64,000 bases of DNA from positions 1,824,001 to 1,888,000 of the forward strand of contig OZ242214.1 in assembly GCA_965206595.1 (NCBI GenBank), read 5' to 3'. Positions 25,790 through 33,964 of the stretch are shown piece by piece (the first letter of the stretch is position 1; each line of letters starts with the position of its first letter). The notes beneath the pieces are model-generated. The model was not told where the DNA came from and did not search any database. It saw only the letters and a list, made by a program, of their open reading frames with translations. A program made the translations under genes and the position numbers. This stretch comes from Candidatus Latescibacterota bacterium (GTDB lineage: Bacteria > Latescibacterota > UBA2968 > UBA8231).

Positions 25790-26977
25790 TCAACCAGGGG
25801 ACAGGGCGGCCTCGAGCGCGGCACCGGCATCCGCGGCCACACCCTGGCCGTGCAGAACGGCTGCCGCGGTCGCGAGAAAGAGAAGGACATTCTCCAGGCT
25901 CGAGGTGTGTCCCATCAGACCGAGGCGCCAGGCCTTCCCTTTGAAGTCGCCCAGGCCCCCGCCGATTTCGATGTTGAACTCCTCCAGCAGACGGAGCCGG
26001 GCTGCGGCGTCGTCGACGCCGTCGGGAATCCGCACCGTCGTCAGGGTGGGGAGTCGGAAGGGCTTGTCGACGACGAGTTCGAGGCCCATCGCCGTCAGGC
26101 CGCTGACCAGGGCACGGTGATTCTTCGCGTGCCGCTTCCAGCGAGCTTCCAGGCCCTCCTCGAGAACGAGGGCCAGTGCCTCTCTGAGCGCGTAGTTCAT
26201 CGACACCGGCGCGGTGTGGTGATAGACGCGGTCGCTTCCCCAGTACTGCTCGATCATCGACAGATCGAGGTACCAGCTTTGAACTTTCTTGCGCCTGTTG
26301 CGGATCAGTTCGAGGCAGCGGTCGTTCAGGGTTACAGGGGATAGTCCAGGGGGACAGCTAAGGCACTTCTGGGTGCCGCTGTAGCAGGCATCGATGCCTA
26401 GGGCGTCCACCCCGATGTCGATACCCGCAAGCGATGTCACGGCGTCGACGACGAACAGGGCTCCGCGGCCGCGGGCGAGGGCGGCTATCTCTTCCAGGGG
26501 CTGCAAGACCCCGGTCGAGGTCTCGGCGTGCACTATGGCCAGGAGCTTTACGTCCCCCTGAATTTTATGGAGCGTCTCCGCGACCTCGTCCGGGGCGACC
26601 GGGCCGCCCCATTCCGCAGCCACCATGAAGACTTCCGCACCGCAGCGCTCGGCGACGTCCCGCATGCGCTGGCCGAACACCCCGCAGGCGCATACAACGA
26701 CCTGGTCCCCAGGCTCGATGAGGTTGGTGAAGCAGGTCTCCATTCCTGCGCTTCCAGTGCCGGAAACCGAGATGGTCAGTCGGTTCTGCGTCTGAAACAC
26801 CTGCCTGAGAAGATTTTTCGAATCCTCCATCACATTGAGAAACTGTGGGTCCAGATGCCCGACCACGGGGGCCGCCAGTGCGGCGTACACGCGCGGGTGG
26901 ACGTTGCTCGGCCCAGGGCCCATGAGCAGGCGCGGCGACGGATTTAGTCTTACAGGTAGGTTTTTTTCCAGGTTCAC
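25790..26977 (-). CDS. Alanine--glyoxylate/serine--pyruvate aminotransferase (class V PLP)
   Basis: [56 protein letters not shown]. Confidence 0.92.
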   Translation of the reverse strand: MNLEKNLPVRLNPSPRLLMGPGPSNVHPRVYAALAAPVVGHLDPQFLNVMEDSKNLLRQVFQTQNRLTISVSGTGSAGMETCFTNLIEPGDQVVVCACGVFGQRMRDVAERCGAEVFMVAAEWGGPVAPDEVAETLHKIQGDVKLLAIVHAETSTGVLQPLEEIAALARGRGALFVVDAVTSLAGIDIGVDALGIDACYSGTQKCLSCPPGLSPVTLNDRCLELIRNRRKKVQSWYLDLSMIEQYWGSDRVYHHTAPVSMNYALREALALVLEEGLEARWKRHAKNHRALVSGLTAMGLELVVDKPFRLPTLTTVRIPDGVDDAAARLRLLEEFNIEIGGGLGDFKGKAWRLGLMGHTSSLENVLLFLATAAAVLHGQGVAADAGAALEAALSPG

Positions 26978-27016
26978 GGAATTCCTCCAGAGAAAGAGAG
27001 TATGCCGAGGTGCGGA

Positions 27017-27589
27017 TCATCCCCCTGCCGGGGGAGGTAGTCGACGCAACACCATGGGCACGAGCAGGATATCGAGGGCGGCCTCGGGGATGAGGTAGCT
27101 GGCGTTGTACCCGAGGGAATATCGCCATACCTCCATGTCCTCCGGCGCCAGGTGGCCGAAGTAGACGACCCCGGACAGGAAGTGGAGACCCAGCCGGACC
27201 GCCGCGGCAACCGCGATGGCCGCGGCCGGGCGAGGCCAGCCAAGGCCCTTTTCCGGGGTTCGCCCAGGGGCTGCCAGAGCGGCGATTCCCACCGTTGCGT
27301 AGGCCAGGGGGTAATCCAGAACCAACTGGATCGGATGTACGAAATAGGGGGCCATGGCGAAGTGAACGACACCGTAGGCCAAGCCTGCCATCCCCCCGGG
27401 CAACGGACCGTGCCTGAGGGCGACGACGAACAATGGAACCGAATCCAGGCTCACCGAGCCTCCGTAGAGGAGGTGGGGAAGCTTGAGCTTGAAGAGGCTC
27501 AGCACCGCGGCCAGGGCAATGGCAAAGGAGAGTTCCGCCTGCACCCGGATCGGGTAGGAACGATTCAATATGGAAGAAGCCCGTAGCAA
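27017..27589 (-). CDS. thiT: ECF-type thiamine transporter S component (ThiT family)
   Basis: AIALAAVLS, YGGSVS, ALRHG..G, HPIQLVLDYPLAY, HFLSGVVYF...AP, YSLGYNASY. Confidence 0.85.
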   Translation of the reverse strand: MLRASSILNRSYPIRVQAELSFAIALAAVLSLFKLKLPHLLYGGSVSLDSVPLFVVALRHGPLPGGMAGLAYGVVHFAMAPYFVHPIQLVLDYPLAYATVGIAALAAPGRTPEKGLGWPRPAAAIAVAAAVRLGLHFLSGVVYFGHLAPEDMEVWRYSLGYNASYLIPEAALDILLVPMVLRRLPPPAGG

Positions 27590-27961
27590 ATGCCCGCTCG
27601 GTTCACGCGGGGCAAACCCTTGGGAATCGCAGTTTTCGCAGAGCGTACCTCAGCCGGGTAATTGCTCAGGGCCCAAGAATCCCGGGTGGTAATTGGCCCA
27701 GCTGGAGCGTAGGTCTCGAGTCCACACGCGCATCCCAATTTCATAACTGTATCACAAAGATCATTGTATCTATTTGTAGAAAATCAGGTTGAAGTTCGAA
27801 TTCCCTGGGGTAAAGCCAGAAAGGGGGATTTGTTTTTGCGTGCTGGGTACGGAGAACGGAACCCAGGAGCGGCAGCGGCGTCCTACCTGATGCGGGCCCA
27901 CCGGTCTGGGCTCGCACCCTCCCTTGCGGCCGGAAGCAGTAAGTCTGCTTCCGGCCGTTCT

Positions 27962-29050
27962 TCAATTCAGCCGCTGCAGCAGCATCACCCCTTGGGGAAT
28001 GCGGATCACCCCGCTCACCTCGTTGACTTGCAGTTTCAGCACTTCCTCTTCTACTGCCTCCAACATGTCCCCAGGCCCGAAGAACCCGAGGTCACCGCCG
28101 TCGCGGGCGTTCGGGGCTTTCGAAAACTTGACGGCCAGCTGGCCGAAATCCTCACCTGCCTCGATTCGCGTGAGAAGGTCGCGGCCCTGCTCCTCGGAAT
28201 CGACCAGGATCATGCGGGCCCGCAACTTGCCGGCGATGATTTCACGCAGGGCCTCCATGTTGAGGTTTATCGCATGTATTACGTCGGGATCCGGTGACAA
28301 CTCCTTGGCGCGCTGGTAATAGGACAGTGCCCGGGAGTAGCGCCCCTGTTGCGAGTGCAGGAAGCCGAGGTTGTTGAATGCCTCGACGTCCCGCGGGAGC
28401 AGCTCCGTCACGGTTTCGTAATGGGCGATCGCCCTTTCCAGCGAGTCTACCCGGGTGTAATGGAACCCGAGGTAGCGGTGCGCTTCCGGATTGCGGTCGT
28501 CGAGAAGAAGTGCGGAGTCCAAGTGGGTCTTGGCCATCAACCGGTTTCCGGCCTGCATGTAGAGAAACCCGAGGGAGCTCTGAATCGCCGATACCTGTGG
28601 AGCCAGCCGGCGCGCTTCCTCTATGACGGCGATGGCGGAATCGAGCTGCCCGGCGGCGAGGAACGCCTCTCCCAGGGCGGAATATACCTGGAGTTGCCCC
28701 GGTCTTTCCGCCATGGAGCGCTTGAAGGCGGCGATCGACTCTGCAACCTTTCCATCCGCCAGGTAGAGCGTCCCGAGCCGGTTGAGCACCTCGGCGCTTC
28801 CGGCGCCCAGTTTCAGCGCCTCTTCGTAGCGGGCGATGGCGGGCTTGAGCTGCCCGCGTCCGGCGAGGAACTCCGCTTCCTGAACCAGCCGTACCATCGG
28901 CGGCAGCTCGGTGGCCTGGGTGTCCGCCGGTGCGGCGGTCTGCGCCCCCGCTTCATAGGCCTGTCCGTGATTGCACAGCAAGACCGCCACCGCGAGGAAG
29001 ACCGCGTTCACAGGCATCACCTTCACCGCTTTCATAACGGGATTCGGCAT
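27962..29050 (-). CDS. Exported TPR-repeat protein with C-terminal parvulin (PpiC) domain
   Basis: Signal-like N-terminus; repeated TPRs (LNRLG, YSALG, FNNLG); RARMILV...GEDFGQLA..FS...GGDLGFF; start uncertain (29050/29035/29018). Confidence 0.8.
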   Translation of the reverse strand: MPNPVMKAVKVMPVNAVFLAVAVLLCNHGQAYEAGAQTAAPADTQATELPPMVRLVQEAEFLAGRGQLKPAIARYEEALKLGAGSAEVLNRLGTLYLADGKVAESIAAFKRSMAERPGQLQVYSALGEAFLAAGQLDSAIAVIEEARRLAPQVSAIQSSLGFLYMQAGNRLMAKTHLDSALLLDDRNPEAHRYLGFHYTRVDSLERAIAHYETVTELLPRDVEAFNNLGFLHSQQGRYSRALSYYQRAKELSPDPDVIHAINLNMEALREIIAGKLRARMILVDSEEQGRDLLTRIEAGEDFGQLAVKFSKAPNARDGGDLGFFGPGDMLEAVEEEVLKLQVNEVSGVIRIPQGVMLLQRLN

Positions 29051-29054
29051 GGTT

Positions 29055-29723
29055 TCAGGAATCCGTGCGCATTTCTGCGCCCGGTTTGCCCCCAGCCCCG
29101 AACCTGGCACGAAGAGCCTGTACCTGGTCGTTGTCGAGGGTGTTCGTGCGACCCAGTTGGCGTGCAACGAGGGCGATGCGGGCGCACAACTCGACGGTCT
29201 CCATCTTGAAGTGCGCATCCATCAGATCGGCTCCCAGGGTCACGGCGCCGTGATTGGCCAGCAGCAGGGCGTCGTAGTTCTTCCGTAGCAGTGGAATCAT
29301 CGGCTCGACAATCCCCGGCCCCCCCGGCGTTCCGTACGAAGCCATCGGGATTCCCCCGAGGTTCACGATTACCTCCGGCAGGATGTAGTCCATCAGATCG
29401 ATACCGGCCACAGCGAACCCGGTTGCGGTAGGCGGATGGGCGTGCACGACTCCCCCGGTTTCCGGTCTGAGCCGATAGGACTCGGTGTGCATGAGGATCT
29501 CCGAGGTAACTTCCCGGTCCCCATCGACCCGGTTGCCGTCGAGGTCGCAGACAACGAGCATTCCGGGGGTGAGAAACCCCTTGCTCACCCCGGTAGGCGA
29601 GCACAGCAGGCGATGCTTTCCGAGCCGTGCCGAGATGTTGCCGTCGTTTCCAGCCACGAAGCCGAGGTTGTAGATCCGCCGACCCACCTCGCAGATTTCC
29701 TCGCGGAGCCCCGCTTCCGTCAT
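29055..29723 (-). CDS. Class II aldolase/adducin family protein (FucA-like)
   Basis: DGNISAR, PTGVSKG, TSEILMH, VVHAHP, LLANHG. Confidence 0.9.
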   Translation of the reverse strand: MTEAGLREEICEVGRRIYNLGFVAGNDGNISARLGKHRLLCSPTGVSKGFLTPGMLVVCDLDGNRVDGDREVTSEILMHTESYRLRPETGGVVHAHPPTATGFAVAGIDLMDYILPEVIVNLGGIPMASYGTPGGPGIVEPMIPLLRKNYDALLLANHGAVTLGADLMDAHFKMETVELCARIALVARQLGRTNTLDNDQVQALRARFGAGGKPGAEMRTDS

Positions 29724-30733
29724 CGGGTTGCGGTTCCTTCGAACTCGCAGACGGACCGAACCGGCGCACCACTCACAGGTGAAAACTCGCTCGTGGGAAG
29801 GCCTGGGCCCGTCCGGCGCTTTTCAAACAGCGTTGCCGCCGCCTCTACCGATATCCAGAAGCCGCCAGCGACCGCCGGCAGGGCAACGTTCAGCAGCCAG
29901 AGCAGAAGGGCAGCGTTGATGGCGGCAATCGGATCGAGGCCGATGCTTGAGAAGACCAAAGCCGAGGCTGCCTCGCGGGGGCCGAGATCGAGGAATCCGA
30001 CCGGGGCAAGGGTCTTCAAACCGAAAATAACCGGTATGGCAGCTATTCCCTGGGGAGTCAGCTCGATCCAGCTCAGGGCCAAGAGATAGAATTGGGCGAA
30101 GAAAACCAGGTTGAACAGAAGGGACCAGAGCAGAACGCGCAGAAACAGAGTCCTGGGGATCGAGACAAGCGCCGCAGTAATCCTGCCGGCAGCTGAAAAC
30201 CAGGGTGTAGCGGCCGTCCATTTCCGCAGAAGGGGCAATGCTCCCCCATGCCGGAGAAGGAGTCCTCCCGCGGCAGCCAAACCCGCTCCACAGGCCAAGG
30301 CGGAAGCCGGATGTATGAAGGCCAGCCCCAGGACCGCGACAACGACGGTGACTCCGGCCGAACAGGCCCGGTCGGCGCCAGCCATGACAACGCCCTCGAC
30401 CCGGCGTCCCTCGAACAAGGCGCCGCGGCCCAGCTCCCCCACCCTTCCCGGCGATACCATTCCAAGGGAGAATCCCACGAGCAGGGAGCGCAAGCTCTCA
30501 TAGGCCCGGGTCGTCGGTCGGATCGAAACGAGGAGCTCGTGCCATTTTCGCCACTGGATTGCCACGCCGGCGAGGCTGCCGGCAAAGGCAAGGGCCAGAA
30601 GGAGGGCGTCGGCAGCGAGCAGATTGCCAACAAGCTCGGCCGGGCTTGCAACCAGGTGGAGGAGCAGTAACAGCAGAGAAAGGGAAATCGCCGTCTTTGC
30701 CAAGGGGGGAAAGATCGCGGTGAATCTGCACAC
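29720..30733 (-). CDS. Lysylphosphatidylglycerol synthase TM-domain (flippase-like) protein
   Basis: Multiple TMs; KW..L, PGRVGELGR, DR, LGPREAA motifs. Confidence 0.75.
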   Translation of the reverse strand: MCRFTAIFPPLAKTAISLSLLLLLLHLVASPAELVGNLLAADALLLALAFAGSLAGVAIQWRKWHELLVSIRPTTRAYESLRSLLVGFSLGMVSPGRVGELGRGALFEGRRVEGVVMAGADRACSAGVTVVVAVLGLAFIHPASALACGAGLAAAGGLLLRHGGALPLLRKWTAATPWFSAAGRITAALVSIPRTLFLRVLLWSLLFNLVFFAQFYLLALSWIELTPQGIAAIPVIFGLKTLAPVGFLDLGPREAASALVFSSIGLDPIAAINAALLLWLLNVALPAVAGGFWISVEAAATLFEKRRTGPGLPTSEFSPVSGAPVRSVCEFEGTATR

Positions 30734-30942
30734 GGGTTAGCTTAATTCACTGTTGGGGAATGGGTTGCGGCAAGCAAAAGAATGAGAAAGCTAGCCGGAG
30801 GAGGCAGGGCCGTCAAGCGGTGGCGCCTGTATTGCCCGATTTGTGGCAGGTTGCCGCTGCATTCCAAAGGTGCGGCAATCCCGACGGCAGCCTCAGGAGG
30901 GGAACCATGAGGGGCTGGGCTAAAAGGCGGGATACGCAGCCG

Positions 30943-32040
30943 TCAGCCGCGGAACAGGAAGTGAATGACGTCGCCGTCTCGAACAAGGTAATCCCGGCCT
31001 TCGGTGCGCAGCTTTCCCTGTTGTCGGAGCCGCTGCAGCTCTCCCCCGGCAGCGGCCAGGTCCTCGACCGCGGTAACCTCGGCGCGGATGAAGCCCTCCT
31101 CCATGGCGCTGTGAATTCTGCCGGCCGCGGCCGCGGCTGAGGTCCCGGAGGGGAGCTGCCATGCCTGAAGTTTTTCGTTGGCGATGGTGTAGAAGGCGAT
31201 CAGCCGCAACAGCTTGTAAGCTGCGAGGACAAGACGGTCCACCCCCTTGGACTCCAGTCCCATTGCGGCCAGTAGTTCCTCTTTCTCCTCACCTTCTTCG
31301 AGCTGGGCAACTTCCGCCTCCAGCTGGGCGCAAATCTCCAGCACCCGGTCCTCCCCCACCCTGGCCCGGAGCTGATCGACGAGAACGTTCTCCTGCCTCG
31401 AGGTTTCTCCGATGTTGGCGACGTAGAGCACGGGCTTGGCAGAGAGGAGGTTGTAGCTGCGCACCGTCCGCATATCGCCTGGTGTCAGCTCGTTCCTGGC
31501 GTGCACGGGAACACTCTCCAACAGGCCGGCCTCCATCTTCTTGAGCGCTTCCAGCTCGGGCCGGCGCGGGCTGCGCGGATCGGTGGCAACCACCCGTTCG
31601 AGATGGGGCAGGGCATCCTCGATGGACTGGAGATCGGCGAGCATGAGCTCGCTTTCGATGGTATCGACATCCCGCGCCGGGTTCAGTGCGTCCTCGACAT
31701 GGGAAACTGTGGGGTTCTCGAAACAGCGGACCACGTGAACCAGGGCATCGGTCTCGCGGACGTCGGCGAGGAACTGGTTTCCCCTGCCCTCCCCCTTGCT
31801 GGCACCCCGCACCAGGCCGGCGATGTCGGTGAACTGTATGCTCGTCGGGGTGCAGCTGGCAGGCTTCAACAGCTCGTCGAGGGTCCGCAGTCGCTCATCC
31901 GGCACTTCGACTACCCCGACGTTCGGGTCGATGGTGCAGAACGGGTAGCTCGATGCCTCGGCCGAGGCCGAGGTCAGGGAGTTGAAAAGGGTGGTCTTGC
32001 CGGCGTTCGGCAGGCCGACGATACCTGCAGTCAGGCTCAC
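30943..32040 (-). CDS. ychF: Redox-regulated ATPase YchF (Obg family)
   Basis: GIVGLPNAGKTTLFN, YPFCTIDPN, DIAGLVRGASKGEG.GNQFL, VVRCF, TGS domain EGRDYLVRDGD. Confidence 0.93.
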   Translation of the reverse strand: MSLTAGIVGLPNAGKTTLFNSLTSASAEASSYPFCTIDPNVGVVEVPDERLRTLDELLKPASCTPTSIQFTDIAGLVRGASKGEGRGNQFLADVRETDALVHVVRCFENPTVSHVEDALNPARDVDTIESELMLADLQSIEDALPHLERVVATDPRSPRRPELEALKKMEAGLLESVPVHARNELTPGDMRTVRSYNLLSAKPVLYVANIGETSRQENVLVDQLRARVGEDRVLEICAQLEAEVAQLEEGEEKEELLAAMGLESKGVDRLVLAAYKLLRLIAFYTIANEKLQAWQLPSGTSAAAAAGRIHSAMEEGFIRAEVTAVEDLAAAGGELQRLRQQGKLRTEGRDYLVRDGDVIHFLFRG

Positions 32041-33815
32041 CTCGCCTCCTCCACGGTCGCGAGCAGCAGGGGCGCAACCATCACCGTCCTCTCCCGCTTG
32101 AGAACCGCGAGCCCCGGGGCACCTCCCCGCGGCTTGGATACGTGCTTCACCCGCGTGTACACGACCGGCACCTTCCTCGCCGAGCGGCCCTTGCTCCAGT
32201 AGGCCGCCAATCCCGCCGCCTCTTCGATGGTTCGCGCGCCCGGCTCTTCCTTGCGCCCTTCCCGCCGCAGCACCACGTGAGAACCCGGGTAACCGCTGGC
32301 GTGAAACCAGAGGTCTTCCTGCGAGGCCATGCGGTGGGTCAGCTGATCGTTTTCACGCTGGTTGCGCCCGACCCAGACCGTCCAACCGCTGCTGGTGCGA
32401 TATCGTCTCGGGTGGGCCCTGGCAGGATCTCCCCTCTCCCGCTTCTGTTCGGGCGTGTGCTGTTCCATCCATTCCCTCACATCCGCCGGAAGTTCCTCTG
32501 AATCGGTCTCCAATTTCGCCAGCATCCGTCGCAGGCCCTGTTCCAGCCGCAGCACCCGCCGCAGGCGATCCGGCAGCACATGCAGGCGCTTTTCGAGCTT
32601 GCGCGCCCGCTTGAGGAACCGAGCCGCGTTATCCGCCGGAGAAAAACGCAGGTCCAACTCGATGGCGAGATGATTCGCCTCCGAGCCCGGGAAGGAATTT
32701 GGGAGTTCCAGGCGCGCCGTCCCAGGCTTCACCTCGTTCAGGTGGGCAAGCAGCAGGCTTCCCCGTTGCAGCAAGGAAGGGGCCTCGGCCGCTTCGTCGA
32801 GGTCCCGCTCCACCGCTTCCCGGGAACGTGTCGTCTTGCGCAGCTGGCGGGTCAGGGCCTGCCTCGCGAGCCTGAAATCGACTGTTCGCACCTCGGTCCG
32901 CTGCCGGCTCGAGCGCCACTCCGCCAAGGCAGAAAGTATCGAATCGAAACGACGCAGATCTTCAACCGGTCTCCGGGGCCTCAGGGAGGAAACCATCAGC
33001 CGTTCCCCCTCGGTGTACAAGAAACCGCCGGTTGCAACGGCCCTCTCGGCAAACATCTCCGCCCCGACCCTCCACAGCCGCTCGATGAGGCCGCCGTGGA
33101 GGGTCGCTTGCGGGCCGTCCGGTTCTTCCCGGGGCGCTTCGCATCCGGCTCGAAACAGCAACTCCGCGGCTACCCCGCGATCCGCCCCGGCGATCGTCCG
33201 CTGCAGGGCCAGCGGCAGGTTTCCCGGCTGTTTTCGCATCTCTTCCGCGAGGGCATCGGCGAAACGGGAAATGAAGTCCTCCCCCGGCAGCAGTCGAGGT
33301 TTTCCGGGGGGGGAGTACGTCCCGCCCTCGCGCAGCAGGCGCCCATGACAAGCTTTGCCCGGGATCGGCCAGATCCCCTTGATCGCCTGCGACCGCTCCG
33401 CGACCAGCACCGCCTGCACGCGCGGGGGAATAAGCTCGACTAGCAACAGGCCGTAGGTCCTTTCCCCCCGCCGATTGTCGCGGGCAAGCCTGATCTTAAG
33501 TACCCGGTCCCTCCGGTCCGCCTGCACTGAGTCGACGGCAGCACCCTGGAGGTAGCGCTCGGCGATGCCGTGAAGGGCGAAGGCAGCGGGCAGCGGAGCT
33601 CGGCGGAGGCGGACGAATCCGCGCGTCCCGAGCTCGAATGACAAGTGACAGTCACGGCTGCAGGCAATGGCGAGGGCTGGCTGGCGTCCCGTCGAATTGC
33701 CGTCTCCCCCACTACCCTGCCCATGGGCGAAGCCGGCGCGCTCGATCCTGTGTCCGGAGAGCTTCGCATTCAGCTCGAAGGCCAGGGTCTGGATGGTGAA
33801 GAGATCGAAGGACAC
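32037..33815 (-). CDS. rqcH: NFACT/FbpA ribosome quality-control protein
   Basis: DRV (NFACT-N), LLVEL, coiled coil, IELD..SPADNA, VGRNQRENDQLT, DLWFHA..PGSHV, AAGLAAYWS, VVYT..KHVSKP. Confidence 0.85.
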   Translation of the reverse strand: MSFDLFTIQTLAFELNAKLSGHRIERAGFAHGQGSGGDGNSTGRQPALAIACSRDCHLSFELGTRGFVRLRRAPLPAAFALHGIAERYLQGAAVDSVQADRRDRVLKIRLARDNRRGERTYGLLLVELIPPRVQAVLVAERSQAIKGIWPIPGKACHGRLLREGGTYSPPGKPRLLPGEDFISRFADALAEEMRKQPGNLPLALQRTIAGADRGVAAELLFRAGCEAPREEPDGPQATLHGGLIERLWRVGAEMFAERAVATGGFLYTEGERLMVSSLRPRRPVEDLRRFDSILSALAEWRSSRQRTEVRTVDFRLARQALTRQLRKTTRSREAVERDLDEAAEAPSLLQRGSLLLAHLNEVKPGTARLELPNSFPGSEANHLAIELDLRFSPADNAARFLKRARKLEKRLHVLPDRLRRVLRLEQGLRRMLAKLETDSEELPADVREWMEQHTPEQKRERGDPARAHPRRYRTSSGWTVWVGRNQRENDQLTHRMASQEDLWFHASGYPGSHVVLRREGRKEEPGARTIEEAAGLAAYWSKGRSARKVPVVYTRVKHVSKPRGGAPGLAVLKRERTVMVAPLLLATVEEAR

Positions 33816-33964
33816 TAGCTCTGATCCTCGTTCCCGGTTGTCCTGTTCAACCCGACTTCAGGGCTTGCCGGTTGCTCGCTGTGCAACCTGTTTGTCGAAG
33901 TGTCGAAACGGCTGGAATTTCCCCTGCGCGTCAGGTGCGGAATGCGACGGCCGGAGCTTCTCCG

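Noticed and set aside
27780-27815. GTTCGAATTCCC resembling a tRNA T-loop
   Set aside because: No acceptor, D or anticodon stems can be formed around it.
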